Of a stretch of 64,000 bases of DNA, positions 14,084-26,539 are shown piece after piece. Origin of the DNA: Styela clava (lineage: Eukaryota); NCBI RefSeq assembly GCF_964204865.1, contig NC_135252.1, positions 3,720,001-3,784,000 of the forward strand. Direction: 5' to 3'. Every line of letters begins with the position of its first letter. The stretch's first letter is position 1. The notes beneath the pieces were generated by a model. It worked only from the letters and a program-made list of their open reading frames with translations, searched no databases and was not told where the DNA came from. The position numbers and the translations under genes are program-made.

Positions 14084-14664
14084 TCACAGTACATGAGCTG
14101 AAGTTGACTTTTTCATTTTCACAATTGCAGCATTCGAAGTAGACTCTCGTAGAAGTTTTTCAATATTTGAAAATGCTTCACTGCTGTTAATTATGCTACC
14201 GATGGCATCTGTTGCATAATTAGCATCATACACAAGCCCCTACAAGAAATGTAGTTTTAAAAACTATTTAATATAGGTGAATTTGACAAATAATGATCTT
14301 AACAACAATATGCACCAGTGGTATTTTGCAATTTTGGGAGTGAATTGGTGACACTATGTTGAATAATTCTGCACAAAAAATCCTTCTTCTTCAAATGGAA
14401 AAGCTATTTTATTCATGCCAACAAGAAGATGGCATCATCAATAGATAAACACTTATATACCTTGATTTGGTCATTTGTTTTCTTCATGTCATTACTGGCA
14501 TTAACTACCCTTGGAAGAGTCTTTTTTACATGTTGTTGTATTCGGTACAGTCCAAGTGAGGGTTCGTTTGCAATCATGTGTACAGTTTCATTAACTCCAA
14601 CGGAGGCTCTTTTGACTTTCAAGTCTAACTCCCTTTCTGGCCTATGTTGCATTGAAGCAGCCAT
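14084..14664 (-). CDS. BORCS8: BLOC-1-related complex subunit 8; exons 14664-14461 and 14239-14084, 119 aa
   Basis: ETVHMIANEPSLGLYRIQQHVKKTLP signature; phase-0 GT-AG intron; exon 2 reads GLVYDANYATDAI...; stop at 14086-14084. Confidence 0.88.
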
Positions 14665-15543
14665 TGGCTATCAAAAGAAATGAGAGAGGATATTCAAGGG
14701 AATTCAATATTTATTTCAGTTAGAAAAAAAATTCGATCGACAGATTATTGATATAGAAACATATGGTATGCCAACCGAAGACAAAATGATATCGCAAAGA
14801 ATTTCAAGCAGCTCAATTCTGTGACATATACTGATATAGTTATAACTTGTAACCATGTTATTGTGGTAGTCAAGCATCAACTGTCTACCATCCTGAGAAT
14901 GGCTTATATTGGAACTTTCAGTATAACATTTGGCAGTTTTCATGATAGCACAAAAGACATTTTATATTTTCCCATTGACTAGTAAAATTCAATTTTACGT
15001 CTTCTCGGATGCGGTGTGACAGTGTCAACTGTCAACGATTACAGATTCTAAACTACTCGTATGTATAATGGAAATATTATACATCAAACCGAGTACGTAG
15101 CGTTGTGGAAATGTAAAGAAAAGCTTGTAATACCTGAATCGAGCTGCTGTGCATGTCCAAAAAAATGCCGAGTGAAAATAACTGACTGGTTCCTACTGGA
15201 CGTCAAGTATACTGCACCTGTACCGTACCAGGGGAATTCCCAGAACTTGTCAGCTAGTCTTTTAATGAAATCTTAGTCGTTGGTTCAAACTTAAAGTAGA
15301 TGACATGTCAAGATGTGCCATATGAAAAATGTTGTGTGATTGCACTTGTTAATTATTAGTTACCGTATATTTTAAATTTTCGAAGAAAATTATAATAGCC
15401 ACCACCGTTTGTGTTACTGTTGACTCGATTTTGCAGTTTTGGAATATATTTATAAGATTTCAGTTATGTTTATTCTAAAATAACAACAAACTGAAAATTT
15501 AGAAATTGTACGGTAGTAACTGCATAAACGGAATACGGTTCTA

Positions 15544-15663
15544 CCGTGTTTCCTCGAAAATAAGACCTACCCTGAAAATAGGCCCTAGCCTGAATTTTAA
15601 AAATGATTTCAGTATAAGCCCTACCCTTAGAATAAGACCTAGTCAATATTCGGGGAAACACGG
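15544..15663. mobile_element. 120-bp pogo/Tigger-like MITE
   Basis: TIRs ccgtgtttcctcgaa / ttcggggaaacacgg flanked by TA on both sides; about 4 internal copies of an AATAAGACCTA-like motif. Confidence 0.75.
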
Positions 15664-17102
15664 TAGTTCAAGTGACGATAGGCCGAAGTTAAATTTTCTT
15701 GCCAGCGCCTTCTATTAGCAGATTTTTTAATATCAGAAAGTCGTAAATTTTAGAAATTTCAACTATTTTTCAGAAAAATTAACGTAAAAGCTCTTAATAA
15801 AGCACAGTTAGAGCAATGACATTAAACAACATGATAGGCAACTCTGACGTCACTCCATAAGACTACAGGCGAAACATTATATTTCATGATACGCACCAAT
15901 GCACGTATTTCTCGTCGCCTTTCGCGTCCGTTTTCCGCTCGCTTTTGCTACTCGGCGTCTTTTTTACGTGTAGTACCTGTCTTTTTGCGCCTGTAACGAA
16001 ACAAAATAATCTCTATATCTAAGAAGTTTTGCTTACTTGGAAAGCTGGAATAACAGGCAAGCTGTAAAGAGCAATTCTGGACATCATAGACGTTTTTTTT
16101 TATCAGAGAAGATTACAAACGCGATAGCGGAAAGATTTGTGTGGAACATTGTGCAGATAATGACAAAGTTCAAAGTTAGTAATTTTAATGTTTGCGCTTA
16201 ATCATTGAAATTTCATTTAAAGAGGGTGTCATACAAAACTGTGCTGCGATACAATTCCATAACACAAAGTTTGCACCTATCGAACTTGCTTTTGTAGGTG
16301 AATTTATTAGACATATTACATATTCAGTTAATCGTAGGTAACATTGCTGGTACATAATGCATCGTAGATAGGTTTGTTTAAATTTAGGAATTTAGCTCAT
16401 AGCCCACTAATTAATATTATCTTCTATGCAGGAGGTTGCAGGGCTGAATTCAACTTGCAGCCTTACCGATCACCTGACGATGCTCATTTAGTTTGGCTCG
16501 AGCAAGTCTTCTTGAAATGCTTGTGTGGATGGAAACTACCTATATTTTTTGCCTTCCTCCGATTTTAGACACATTTATTCTGAGGGATTTCGCATATAAT
16601 TCTCACTGATTGTTGGCTGTTTATAATTCCTATTGATTGTGAATTCTGATTATAACAATGAGTTGAAAATTTTTTTACCTAATTTACTGGCACCTTTTTC
16701 TTGTCAATACTCCAAGCTGAGGTAATAAACATGACAATACATTTATGTCATCTGGAAGCAAAATATGCACACTAATTAATAGTTTGGCACATTGAGATAA
16801 TACATCATGACAGAAAATACAAGTTAAAGATATGTATGACCATCACATGGTAATTAAAATTAAAAAAATTAATAGGGGCTGTGGAGTATGAAAAGTTCAA
16901 GACAAAGAAAAGAACAAATGTTCATAGCTCATGAACTCTCAATTTTGCCTCCATTGCTTTGTGAAGGCCAATATATTTCGAGTGGCTGAATTGGTTTATC
17001 TTTATGATAGCAACGATTTTGTATTTAATATAGCGAGATTATTTCAATTTAATTGAAGTGATATAATTTCCCAAAGCAATGCTTGAATCGTCTAGAATAG
17101 AT

Positions 17103-18288
17103 CAGTGGTGTCAAACTCATGGCTTTTCGAGAGCCGCATTGCATTTTGAAAATTGTAAAAAGAGCCGCAAACAGTTTTTGATAATGTATACTTAAAAGAT
17201 ATTTTTAAGATAGTTTTAGTTTGTGACATATATTGTGATGCAACTAAACAGTTGGATTAAGTTTTATTATTTTCTTCAATTTCAAATGCAATTACATATT
17301 AATATTTGCATTCCACTATTATTGCAACATTTGCAAGTTACAGTATTTATTATAAAAAATCGTAAAATTCTATGTACAACCATCAAAATCATTTTTGAAC
17401 AAGCTTTGAATAAGGAAAGAATAATACATACACTAAAAATAACTTAATCTAAATATATGAACCTAAAATTAACAAAAATACTACAGTATAAACTCAATGT
17501 TTTAATAATTACATTTGTCCTGGCGTTTGGCATCTTTTTTGTGTCACCAGCATACTAAGGCCAGTCTGAAATGATTTTATAGTACCAACTCTAACTAACG
17601 AGGCCACATGATCATGGGTTTATCTGGATCTTTACGAATGTTTAATCAATTCCAGTAATGTAAAAAAGTTACTTTTATCATTTCATGTATAGATCAGTAA
17701 AAAAACAAATGACAGATTTTTTCGACAAGACATTTCGCACTACATTGCGTGGCATAGGATTGCTTGAATTATTATTGATATTGATTTTTAGTAACTAAGT
17801 CGTTGTATAATTATATTAATATACAAACACATGGAAATTTTCTGTTCGAAGTTGGTCTTCGAATTTGTCATATTGACTGCTGAGCTTATTGTGTTTTTTG
17901 ATTGTTTTGATGGAAATATGACAAATTAAACAATGTGCTTCAGAATTTTGTGAAGAGCAGAAATGTTACAACTCCCATTTTCTTCGAAAATGCCACCTTC
18001 TTCATGTACTTTGCGTTTAATTTAATCACTCAAGTGTTTTATTCAAGTATTCTTTTGCTAGCTTGATGTGTATTCTTAATTGGGTCAAAATGTGGACAAA
18101 AAAAATTAATATTCCAAAACTACTTTCAGTAAATTGTTTTCTGTGTGAATAATCAATTTCACTTTAGAAGGTTTGAAAAATCTATTACATTTAGATAAAA
18201 AAAAACTTCCAAAATACTATTACAATTATTGTTAAGCGTTCGAGGGCCGCACTGGAAGTTCTCTGGGGCCGCGAGTTTGAGATCCCTG
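17103..18288. mobile_element. Non-autonomous hAT (Charlie-like) element
   Basis: Ends cagtggtgtcaaactc / gagtttgagatccctg; subterminal GGCCGC/GAGCCGC motifs; degenerate 8-bp TSD gaatagat / gtctagat. Confidence 0.75.
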
Positions 18289-20066
18289 GTCTAGATTGAA
18301 GTTGTTCAAAAAATATATGATAGTATTTTATCATGAATGATGATTATACCCCTTCCGGAATTTCTTCTATAGTACTACCAAAAGTTGATGAACCAAATAT
18401 AACACAGGTGCAGTGAGGTACCCGTAATCCTCATTTCCAAAGCTGTTTTAAGTATGTCTGGCGTGTTTTGTGCCTTTTTACAAATAAGACCGCTTATGCA
18501 ATCTTACGCTTTGGAATTTTTAGTTATTTTCCTCAAGCCCTGCAGGATGTGGGGGCCATAAACAACTCTACCGGAGGGTCAAATGTCTTTGCATGCTCCC
18601 ATAGGTTGTTTTTCTATTGCAAACATTATATTTCTTGGAATCACACTGTCACTGATATGTCGCCAGACTTCTGATATCTCCCCGTCTGCTATAGTTGTCC
18701 TGTGAATAAATAATAGGAAATTGAGATTAGACGAATAGTTGAAAGTTTTGCTTTATGTCGGCTTAATTTCTTGATTGATATACTTACTATTTCTGCTATT
18801 GCCTCTTGTACTGCAAGAGTCTCACAATGCTTAGACAGGTTTGTCCACAACTTTCACATCTGAAGAAAGAGAGGAGATTTATTAATTTTCGTTAAGAATA
18901 AATGAAGCAGTCTATATGATTTAGAATGGAAAAGCTAATAAATCCAATATCTCATGTTTTATGTAAAAAATATTTTACTGAATTTGGTATATAAACCAAC
19001 TAATAAAAGGGTTTAGTCAGAAAATTACAAGCATTCGTGGCTCCAAATACTTGAGAAATCAGACTATACAATATAGACCGGTATGAGTGAAATGTTAGGT
19101 GAACTTGTTAACACTTTGATTCAATACGCAAATAAAAGTGAATGCGCAATAGTATGTTACAATGAGCAGCAATCAACAATGAGTATATATCCTCACTGAT
19201 TATTCCTCACTGACTATTTGAAACCATAAGGGGTAAGTAAATATGTAATTTCGGCAAATGGGCAACTACGTACCGTACTGAATTAATAACTTCGTAGTAT
19301 TTGACAAAGGCTGGCTTTCCCACATGTACTTAACAGTGCGATGCCCGGGTGTGATATACAACAATAGTATTCACCTTACCTTTTACCGATTTCTTTTTAC
19401 CCCAACTTTCAAAAATATCATTAAAATCGACAACAACTGTCAAAGCAGGCACGAACACCATTCGTACTACGCCTCGAAAGCAGCACACATCCGATCGTTT
19501 TCGTCTCGTCAAGTATGTGCATTGGAGCGTGCTATCGAATACGATCTTCGGACAAAAATGCCGGAGTTGCGCATCATGTTGTTTAATGTCATTGGTTAGA
19601 GCATAAATGTTATTACATACGGATTTGGTTTTCGAGAATCCCGCATGTTCCATTGTTAAGGGGGTGATAGGTCAGGTACTTATCTGAATGGATTAGGCTA
19701 GCAGTTATCTGAGCATTGACGACGACGTGCGAAGTCTGAAAGATAATTGCACGGAAGTTATAAGATTATCTATTCTAGACTGCGTTATGAACATAACATA
19801 CCGTACCATAAATTATTTCTTCATTAGCAAATGTTGGATTGTTGGTATTCATATGATGTTAAGTGGCCGGGTCATATTTCAGTATTTTGTTGCGTTAATT
19901 CTGTAATACTAATTATGCTGGCAGTTGCTAAAGTTCTTACCGTACCATATTACATGTATAACGCTACAGTATTAGTTACCGTACCGGTTGCTTGTAGTTT
20001 AATGTAAAACAAATTTCGTCCCCGTCATACCTACTGCAGTACTGTGAATATACCGGTAGTCTACTT

Positions 20067-21409
20067 CATTGGTTCCCAACCGCCGGTCCGCGGACCGGTG
20101 CCGGTCCGCGAAGCTTTTTTGCCGGTCCGCGAGAAAATTTTGGTGTTTTGTTGTTTTTATGCCGTCTAAATCGCTTTACCGAGGACGAGGTCGCGTTGGT
20201 TTATTACGCAATTTCTCTTCCGCCGTCATATTGCGACATCTTGGCGCCGAGTAATCATACTTTTCGCTTTTTCGGCTCCGATTCATCTCGAATGCGCTCC
20301 GATCTCTTTGACGAGGTCGATTTATTACGCAATTTCTCTTCCGCCGTCATATTGCGACGTCTTTCGCGACATCTTGGCGCCAAGTAATCACACTTTTGCT
20401 CATCGTGAATGCGCTCCATCGAATCTCGCAAGATTCAGAAACCTAAAAATTGGCACGCGTGCTTTTTCTGTTTTGCATGCTTTTTCTGATTAATATGACC
20501 ACCCAAATAAAACGTTACGCATATTTCTTTGTTCAAAACAAAAAAAAGTCAAGAAAAGTATAATACTACAGTAAAATATGACAGGTGGTCACGAGGAGCG
20601 CAAAAAAGCATGGGCCGCTGAGATCTTTCCCAGTATCTTGAGCAGACAAAGTAGGATTTTGAGCCTGGTGCCAAATTACCGACGACTTTGTCATTGTAAT
20701 GTAAATTCCCTCCGTTTGAAGCATCGATCAACTGCAGAGGGATTAATATGATGAACCCAATGAAAAAGCTTGATTCAAATTGTGATTCTACTTTACAGTC
20801 CAGATTTAAAAAAGAATCACTGTCACAATTTTGGATATCTCTTGATAACGAATACCCATCGCTAAGTAATCGAGCAATCAAACTGTTGTCCGTATTTTCA
20901 ACGAGTTACTTATATTTTTATTACTTATATATAAAAATATTTTCATCACTAGCTTCAATTAAAGCGAAGCAAGGAAATTGGCTGCACGCCGCTGCAGGGC
21001 TACGTGTTGCAGAAACTTCCTTGAGGCATCGTTTGCAATCCTATATTGGAAACTAAACAGCAGCAAAATTTTCACTAGAGTTAATTGCGTTTGTACATGA
21101 TTTGACATGTACATGTTTTTTATGTGAGATGTTTTATGTGTGCCTTCCTTACGAATAATGGGCGCCCAGCACCAAAGCATTACGCAAATATTTTTGGCCG
21201 TCACATTATTTGATAGTTTTTCTTCGTGTGAGCTGTTTTTAAGTGTGCCTTTTTTTGTCTAGATGCATATTGAGTGCCCGACATTGCATTGTATTACGCA
21301 AATACATGTTATTCTTTTATGTTCCGGTCATTTCAATTTTTTGCCGGTCCGCCAGTACATTTAAATTAATTTTACCGGTCCGCCAGGGTAGAAAGGTTGG
21401 GAACCACTG
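20067..21409 (+). mobile_element. hAT (Charlie/Buster-type) deletion derivative retaining the C-terminal dimerisation-domain remnant
   Basis: TIRs cattggttcccaacc / ggttgggaaccactg; perfect 8-bp TSD gtctactt (20059-20066 and 21410-21417); subterminal CCGGTCCGC repeats; ORF 20748-21056 reads FWISLDNEYPSLSNRAIKLLSVFSTSYL. Confidence 0.92.
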
Positions 21410-21417
21410 GTCTACTT

Positions 21418-21550
21418 CATGCTGCCGAAAACAAATAACTAATCCCATACCCGACATGGAATGGTAACCGGACTGCTGTGGTTTGCCATATGGTTAAGCC
21501 GTCTTATCAACTTTCCTCTCCCCCAGGATAAATATGTAATTTTATCCTTA
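21418..21550 (+). mobile_element. 3' part of the tRNA-derived SINE
   Basis: Matches the reverse complement of 55900-56045 (aactaatcccatacc...catatggttaagccgtcttatc...ggataaatatgtaa); another fragment lies at ~43720-43798. Confidence 0.7.
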
Positions 21551-21945
21551 TTTCTAGGCTTACCATACCTCCCGCTTTTTAGCGTCTTGTCCCGACAAGT
21601 CAGCCAAAAGTCCCGCTTCGGCGTTCAGCCATCCAGCATAATACACGAACATGTTCCCATTACTGTTGTTGCTGTGTAGCGCAGCGCTAGCCTACTTACT
21701 GAAGGTGAATGCGAATCTGAAGTAGACACTTTAATTTCATTGCATCTTATCATAAGTTTGTGCAGATGGCTGAAAGTATGTCCAAAACAAATGTTTTCTG
21801 TTTAGTCATATTGCATATTTTCTGTTATGATGTTATATTACATAATGGTATGATAATTTTTCAGAAATTTGTTCAATACTGCAGTAGAAAATACTTCTAC
21901 CAGTCTACCAATTCTACCTAAAAAGTCGAATACATGCTATAGCCT

Positions 21946-23385
21946 ATGATGTCTACTGAAAGTAAAGATATTGGACAGCTCGATGAAACAAAAAAGAAGG
22001 AAATAAAACATGACACAGTGGATAAAAAAATTCGATTTCCAAAGAAAAATGCTCAATATCGTGGAACTGGCAAACTTCCATGTCCAGATTTGGGAGATAA
22101 CTGGAAAATGGAACAAATTGTTCGACAACAAGGAAAATCTGCAGGAAAATATGACACATATTATTACAGTCCTGATGGTATAAAAGTCCGATCGAAACTT
22201 AAGCTCCAACAATTTTTAAACAAAAGTCTGGATAATTTCGATTTCAACACTGGAAAATATATTGAAAAAAATGAAAAACTTGAAACATCACCATCGGGTA
22301 AAGGAAAAATGGATAAAATAAAGACAAGTGAATTGAAAGTTATTGACAGACCAGTGGGTCGTGCTAGTAATCCATTGAGCATCAAAAATCGTGTAAAAGG
22401 ACCTTATTCTGCAACATTACAAATGCATGAAAGAAGAAGAAAACAGAAAGAGCTCAGTCATAGAACACAAGCTGTAAAATCTAAAGATATGAGCACAAGT
22501 GCTGCTATTCAGAGAGCAATCGAAATTGTTGAAAAAGATAACATTGATGAACAACCTTTCAGCCTTTTCAAGAATGAGGCCTTGCTCCTTGCTGACCATT
22601 TTACTGACATGGGATCAGAATTTGAAGATCTTGTTTTGTCTGCTTGGAAATGTCTCAGTGTCAAAAGCAAAAAACAATTTGAACAATACAGTTTTTTCCG
22701 GGCATCAAGCAAAAAAACGAATGTTAGAAAATATAGACGTTTTAGTGAAATGAGAAGAAAACGATGCAGGCAATGTACGGGTTGCCTAACAAATAATTGT
22801 GGAATGTGTGATGCTTGCAAAAATATGAAAAAATTTGGAGGGGATGGAAGTAAAAAGCAAAGTTGTGTATTACGTAGATGTGTGGCGATCCATTCGTCCA
22901 AAAACCCTTTAACAATGGTTCCCCAGCAATTACACAGTTTTTCTATTTCACAAACACTCTTGCCAAAAACAGTTCCACCATCTCGTAAAAGTTTCAGTGA
23001 CGTATTAGATTACAGCCCACTTGTGCCACATTCTTACCACAGTGATGAATCAAGAGGAATACATTCATATGGAACATTTTCTAATGAGCAATCAGCATTC
23101 ACTGATTTTCAGGCAAGAACAGGACAGTTATGTTTGGACAATGATGGCCAATTTCCAGACATATCTAAAAGTCAGGTTATACCAGATTTACAGTATCAAT
23201 CTTTTACCACCATTTCTGTTAATGATGAAATTATCAATAGCAATAATACCACAGATGCGCATGAGGATCATCCTGTTAATATGGACCAAAGCAACTCGCA
23301 GAAATTGCATAAAAGAAAGTCCAGAGTGCCTGTCTACATTAAGCAGGATAGTAAAGACAGGGAAATGGATATTTTTGTTTCATAA
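21946..23385 (+). CDS. MBD1-like protein: methyl-CpG-binding domain, degenerate HMG-box-like segment and CXXC zinc finger; intronless CDS
   Basis: 479 aa. MBD: [46 protein letters not shown]...FDFNTGK. CXXC: [43 protein letters not shown]. Confidence 0.88.
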   Translation: MMSTESKDIGQLDETKKKEIKHDTVDKKIRFPKKNAQYRGTGKLPCPDLGDNWKMEQIVRQQGKSAGKYDTYYYSPDGIKVRSKLKLQQFLNKSLDNFDFNTGKYIEKNEKLETSPSGKGKMDKIKTSELKVIDRPVGRASNPLSIKNRVKGPYSATLQMHERRRKQKELSHRTQAVKSKDMSTSAAIQRAIEIVEKDNIDEQPFSLFKNEALLLADHFTDMGSEFEDLVLSAWKCLSVKSKKQFEQYSFFRASSKKTNVRKYRRFSEMRRKRCRQCTGCLTNNCGMCDACKNMKKFGGDGSKKQSCVLRRCVAIHSSKNPLTMVPQQLHSFSISQTLLPKTVPPSRKSFSDVLDYSPLVPHSYHSDESRGIHSYGTFSNEQSAFTDFQARTGQLCLDNDGQFPDISKSQVIPDLQYQSFTTISVNDEIINSNNTTDAHEDHPVNMDQSNSQKLHKRKSRVPVYIKQDSKDREMDIFVS

Positions 23386-23601
23386 ATGACCATTCAATTT
23401 GTGTGTTTTTTCCTCTTACTACATTGCCTTTGCTGTATTGTCTTCAATATTTTATCATGCTCACCTTGAAGTAAAATAGACACCTCATACTAATCACAAG
23501 TGACTAAAGCAGGTGGCTGAACAATTTTCCAGAATTAAAGTGAAAATGTAAACTGATGGAAAATACTGGATGTTTTGACTTTTGAGCCTAGTGCTTGAGA
23601 C

Positions 23602-23877
23602 CAGTGTTCCCTCTAAAGTGTGCGCGTGTGCGCGCGCACACAGCTTTCAGAGGCTGCGCACACGCATAGATTTACTGTGCACAGACGTATTTCGATGTAG
23701 TGTAACAATGTTCTCGGTTGGCAGGTTGAGAAAGTTTGTTGTTGGCCCACCCATTACCCGGTTAGAACGCCAAAATTTCTTCATTGGTTTTTGCACAAAT
23801 ATTAGTCATTTCCAAAAAAGTGCGCACACACCAAAATTTCTGCGCACACATACTACAAAAAATTAGAGGGAACATTG
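23602..23877. mobile_element. 276-bp hAT MITE
   Basis: TIRs cagtgttccctctaa / ttagagggaacattg; perfect 8-bp TSD cttgagac; GCGCACAC subterminal repeats. Confidence 0.92.
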
Positions 23878-24624
23878 CTTGAGACCCTTCAAATGTCCCT
23901 AAAGATCATTGAAGGACCAATAAAATTCTCAACGATCAATATAGAAAATGAAAAATATTTAACAGATTAAGAGTATTTTTGACCGCCTATCTTCTGAGTG
24001 CTCTTTTTAGACAAATCCATTATTTCAAGAAAAAAAAATGCATTGCATTATTCTTCAATTTGTGCATTTACTACATTTATCAGAAATTATTTGTAAAATG
24101 ATTTTTTGTTCATACTACTTATTTACAGACAGCGAAGGATCCCCGCATTTCAGTCTAATTCTAATGAGAGTGATTGGGTGCCACAGGATTGAATGAATAA
24201 TAATTAACAAATTTGTTAGCTAATTCAGGCATGTTGTTTCTTTGGTTAGGTTCTCCCCCCCCCCCCCCCCCCTCAAAAAAAAATCCAACATTTTTTAATG
24301 CAATTCTGCTGCATTGTTAATGAAATAATGAATAAAATAAATTCTTGCATATTTTTCAACATTTTGGTCCATTCTTAACGATTTACTGAAAACCATTTTT
24401 TCCTGACTCGCTACCAATAATCCTTTCTCAAAAAGAGCACAGATAGATGAAAATGCGCGCTCATGTGGCTTGATATATGGCATAACTAAGTTCAAAGATA
24501 ATGGAACCCTTGAAACATTTCACGTAAAGAAAAACTACCATATGTTTGCGTAATAAAATGCAGTGCTGGGGACCCATTATGCGTAAAAACATGCACAAGC
24601 CTAATCATGTAAAAACACAATTCA

Positions 24625-25029
24625 CTCCAGTGGGAATTTTGCTGCTGTTTCGGTGCTAATATGGGATTGCAAACGAGGCTTCAAAGGAATTTCTGCAACA
24701 TGTATCTCTGAAGCGGCGTTCAGTCGATTTCTTTACTTCTTTAATTAAAGCTGGTGATGAAAAAGTTATTTCGCGTAGGTAACTAGTTGAAAATACGGAA
24801 AACAGTTTGATAATACGAAAAGTGTGATTACTCGGCGCCAAGACGTCACCGCACTTATCAAACAGCAATCTGACGATGGAAGAGAAATTGCGTGATAAAC
24901 CAACGCAACTTCGTTTTTACGGCTTCGGTGAAGCGATTGAGTCGGCAGAAAAACAACCAAATTTTTCGCGACCGGAAATATGCTTCGCCGACCACTGCCT
25001 GTCCACGGACCAGCGGCTGGGAACCACTG
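24625..25029 (-). mobile_element. Truncated relative of the hAT element at 20067-21409, in opposite orientation
   Basis: Ends ...gctgggaaccactg|gtctacac; the minus strand encodes IKLFSVFSTSYLREITFSS and shares the cttggcgccgagtaatcacacttttcg block. Confidence 0.8.
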
Positions 25030-26539
25030 GTCTACACGACAATCTCAAATAGTCATCACCGAGAAGATTTGGGCACCGTTGCCACTGGCCCGTGCCAGAC
25101 CCACATTTATTCAGTTTGTGGCTGCTGCTTTGTCGCAAGGATTCGAATTTCTTTTAGAAGTCAGTGATTTATGCCCTGCTCGGTACTGTGCTGATCAGGT
25201 GTTGATTTTTTCGCAGTTGTCACTAGGATCCACTTATGGCCTTCTACTTGATATCATACTGTTAGTTTCGCGATTCGGATCCACCAAGTGTGGAATTTGT
25301 TGAGAACATGATTAAGCCCCGATTCATTTATGTTTTTGCTCATTGAGTGAATGTAAATTAAATAAATAATAATGCAAAGAAATACTACAAATTGAATTTA
25401 TTTTGCAGTTTCATGATATTTTCCAATTTCTTTCAAACAGAATTATTTATATACTTAATGTATTCATTATATTAACTAACGGATGCAAAAAATATATATA
25501 TATATGAATTCTTACAACCAGATGTCCAAATTCAATTTAGTTTCCATATAATTTCGAATCCCTCTTTCGAGGGTATTGTTTTTTTCTCCAACTTTCTATA
25601 TGATTATCATTTTCACCTGTTTTTAGGAAAACAGCACCGGGTGTTTTATTTTATATATAAATACGTAAAAGTTGCTACATTACTTGATGAAGGATCATTA
25701 AAATTAGGGAATGTAATTGAATCACGTTTTTTTACAAAATAAATTTGGATCAGTTTTATAATAAATGAACATACAAAATCATCAAATACTTTTGAGTAAA
25801 TTTGCAAAACTCGAAAAGTTGTGAGACAGATCCAAGTTCTTTATGCCAATTTATACATATTTCATTTCCTGCAATATTTTTAATTTCTCGTTTTGTGTTC
25901 AATAACAAGTTATCGCAAAATAGTGTAAACAAACTATACATAATTAAAGCTTTCATGGAATTCTTCAAAATTGTATTATATATATATATATAACTCTATT
26001 ACGTAGTTAAACGGACCTGCCTGCTTAATTCGTCCACCTAATTCAGACCACCAAATGTTTTAGCCTATTTCGCCACTAAGCCGGACCCCTCTTATATGTC
26101 GCCCTGGATGTCTACATAAATGATGTTGCTTGTATAAATAACTTTTCAGTGCATAACGAACACTTATCCATTTGTGGGAATTGTTAATAATAGCAAATTG
26201 TTTATTTGACATCTATAAATGTAAACGGGTATTCGTGTTAGTACTACACATTTTAAAGTGTATGACCTCACTTAATTTTCCGATGGATTCGAACCATTTA
26301 GCAATATTTATCACAGTCACAATCTCCACATGGTAAAAATTACTCAAAATGCGACGTGAAGGTAGACAAATCGATCCGAAAGTGGTATATATTTGAAACT
26401 GAGAAATACACAGAGCATATCACAAATGTTCGAGTAAGAATTATGGCATTCCAATAATATTGGTAAACATTGCGCAAAATATATCTCAAAAGCCTCTCAT
26501 ATCTATATGGCTAGTTATTAAGCGTGACATAAAATTGAA

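Noticed and set aside
24255-24272. C18 homopolymer as a regulatory G-quadruplex
   Set aside because: It is a simple repeat with no supporting context.
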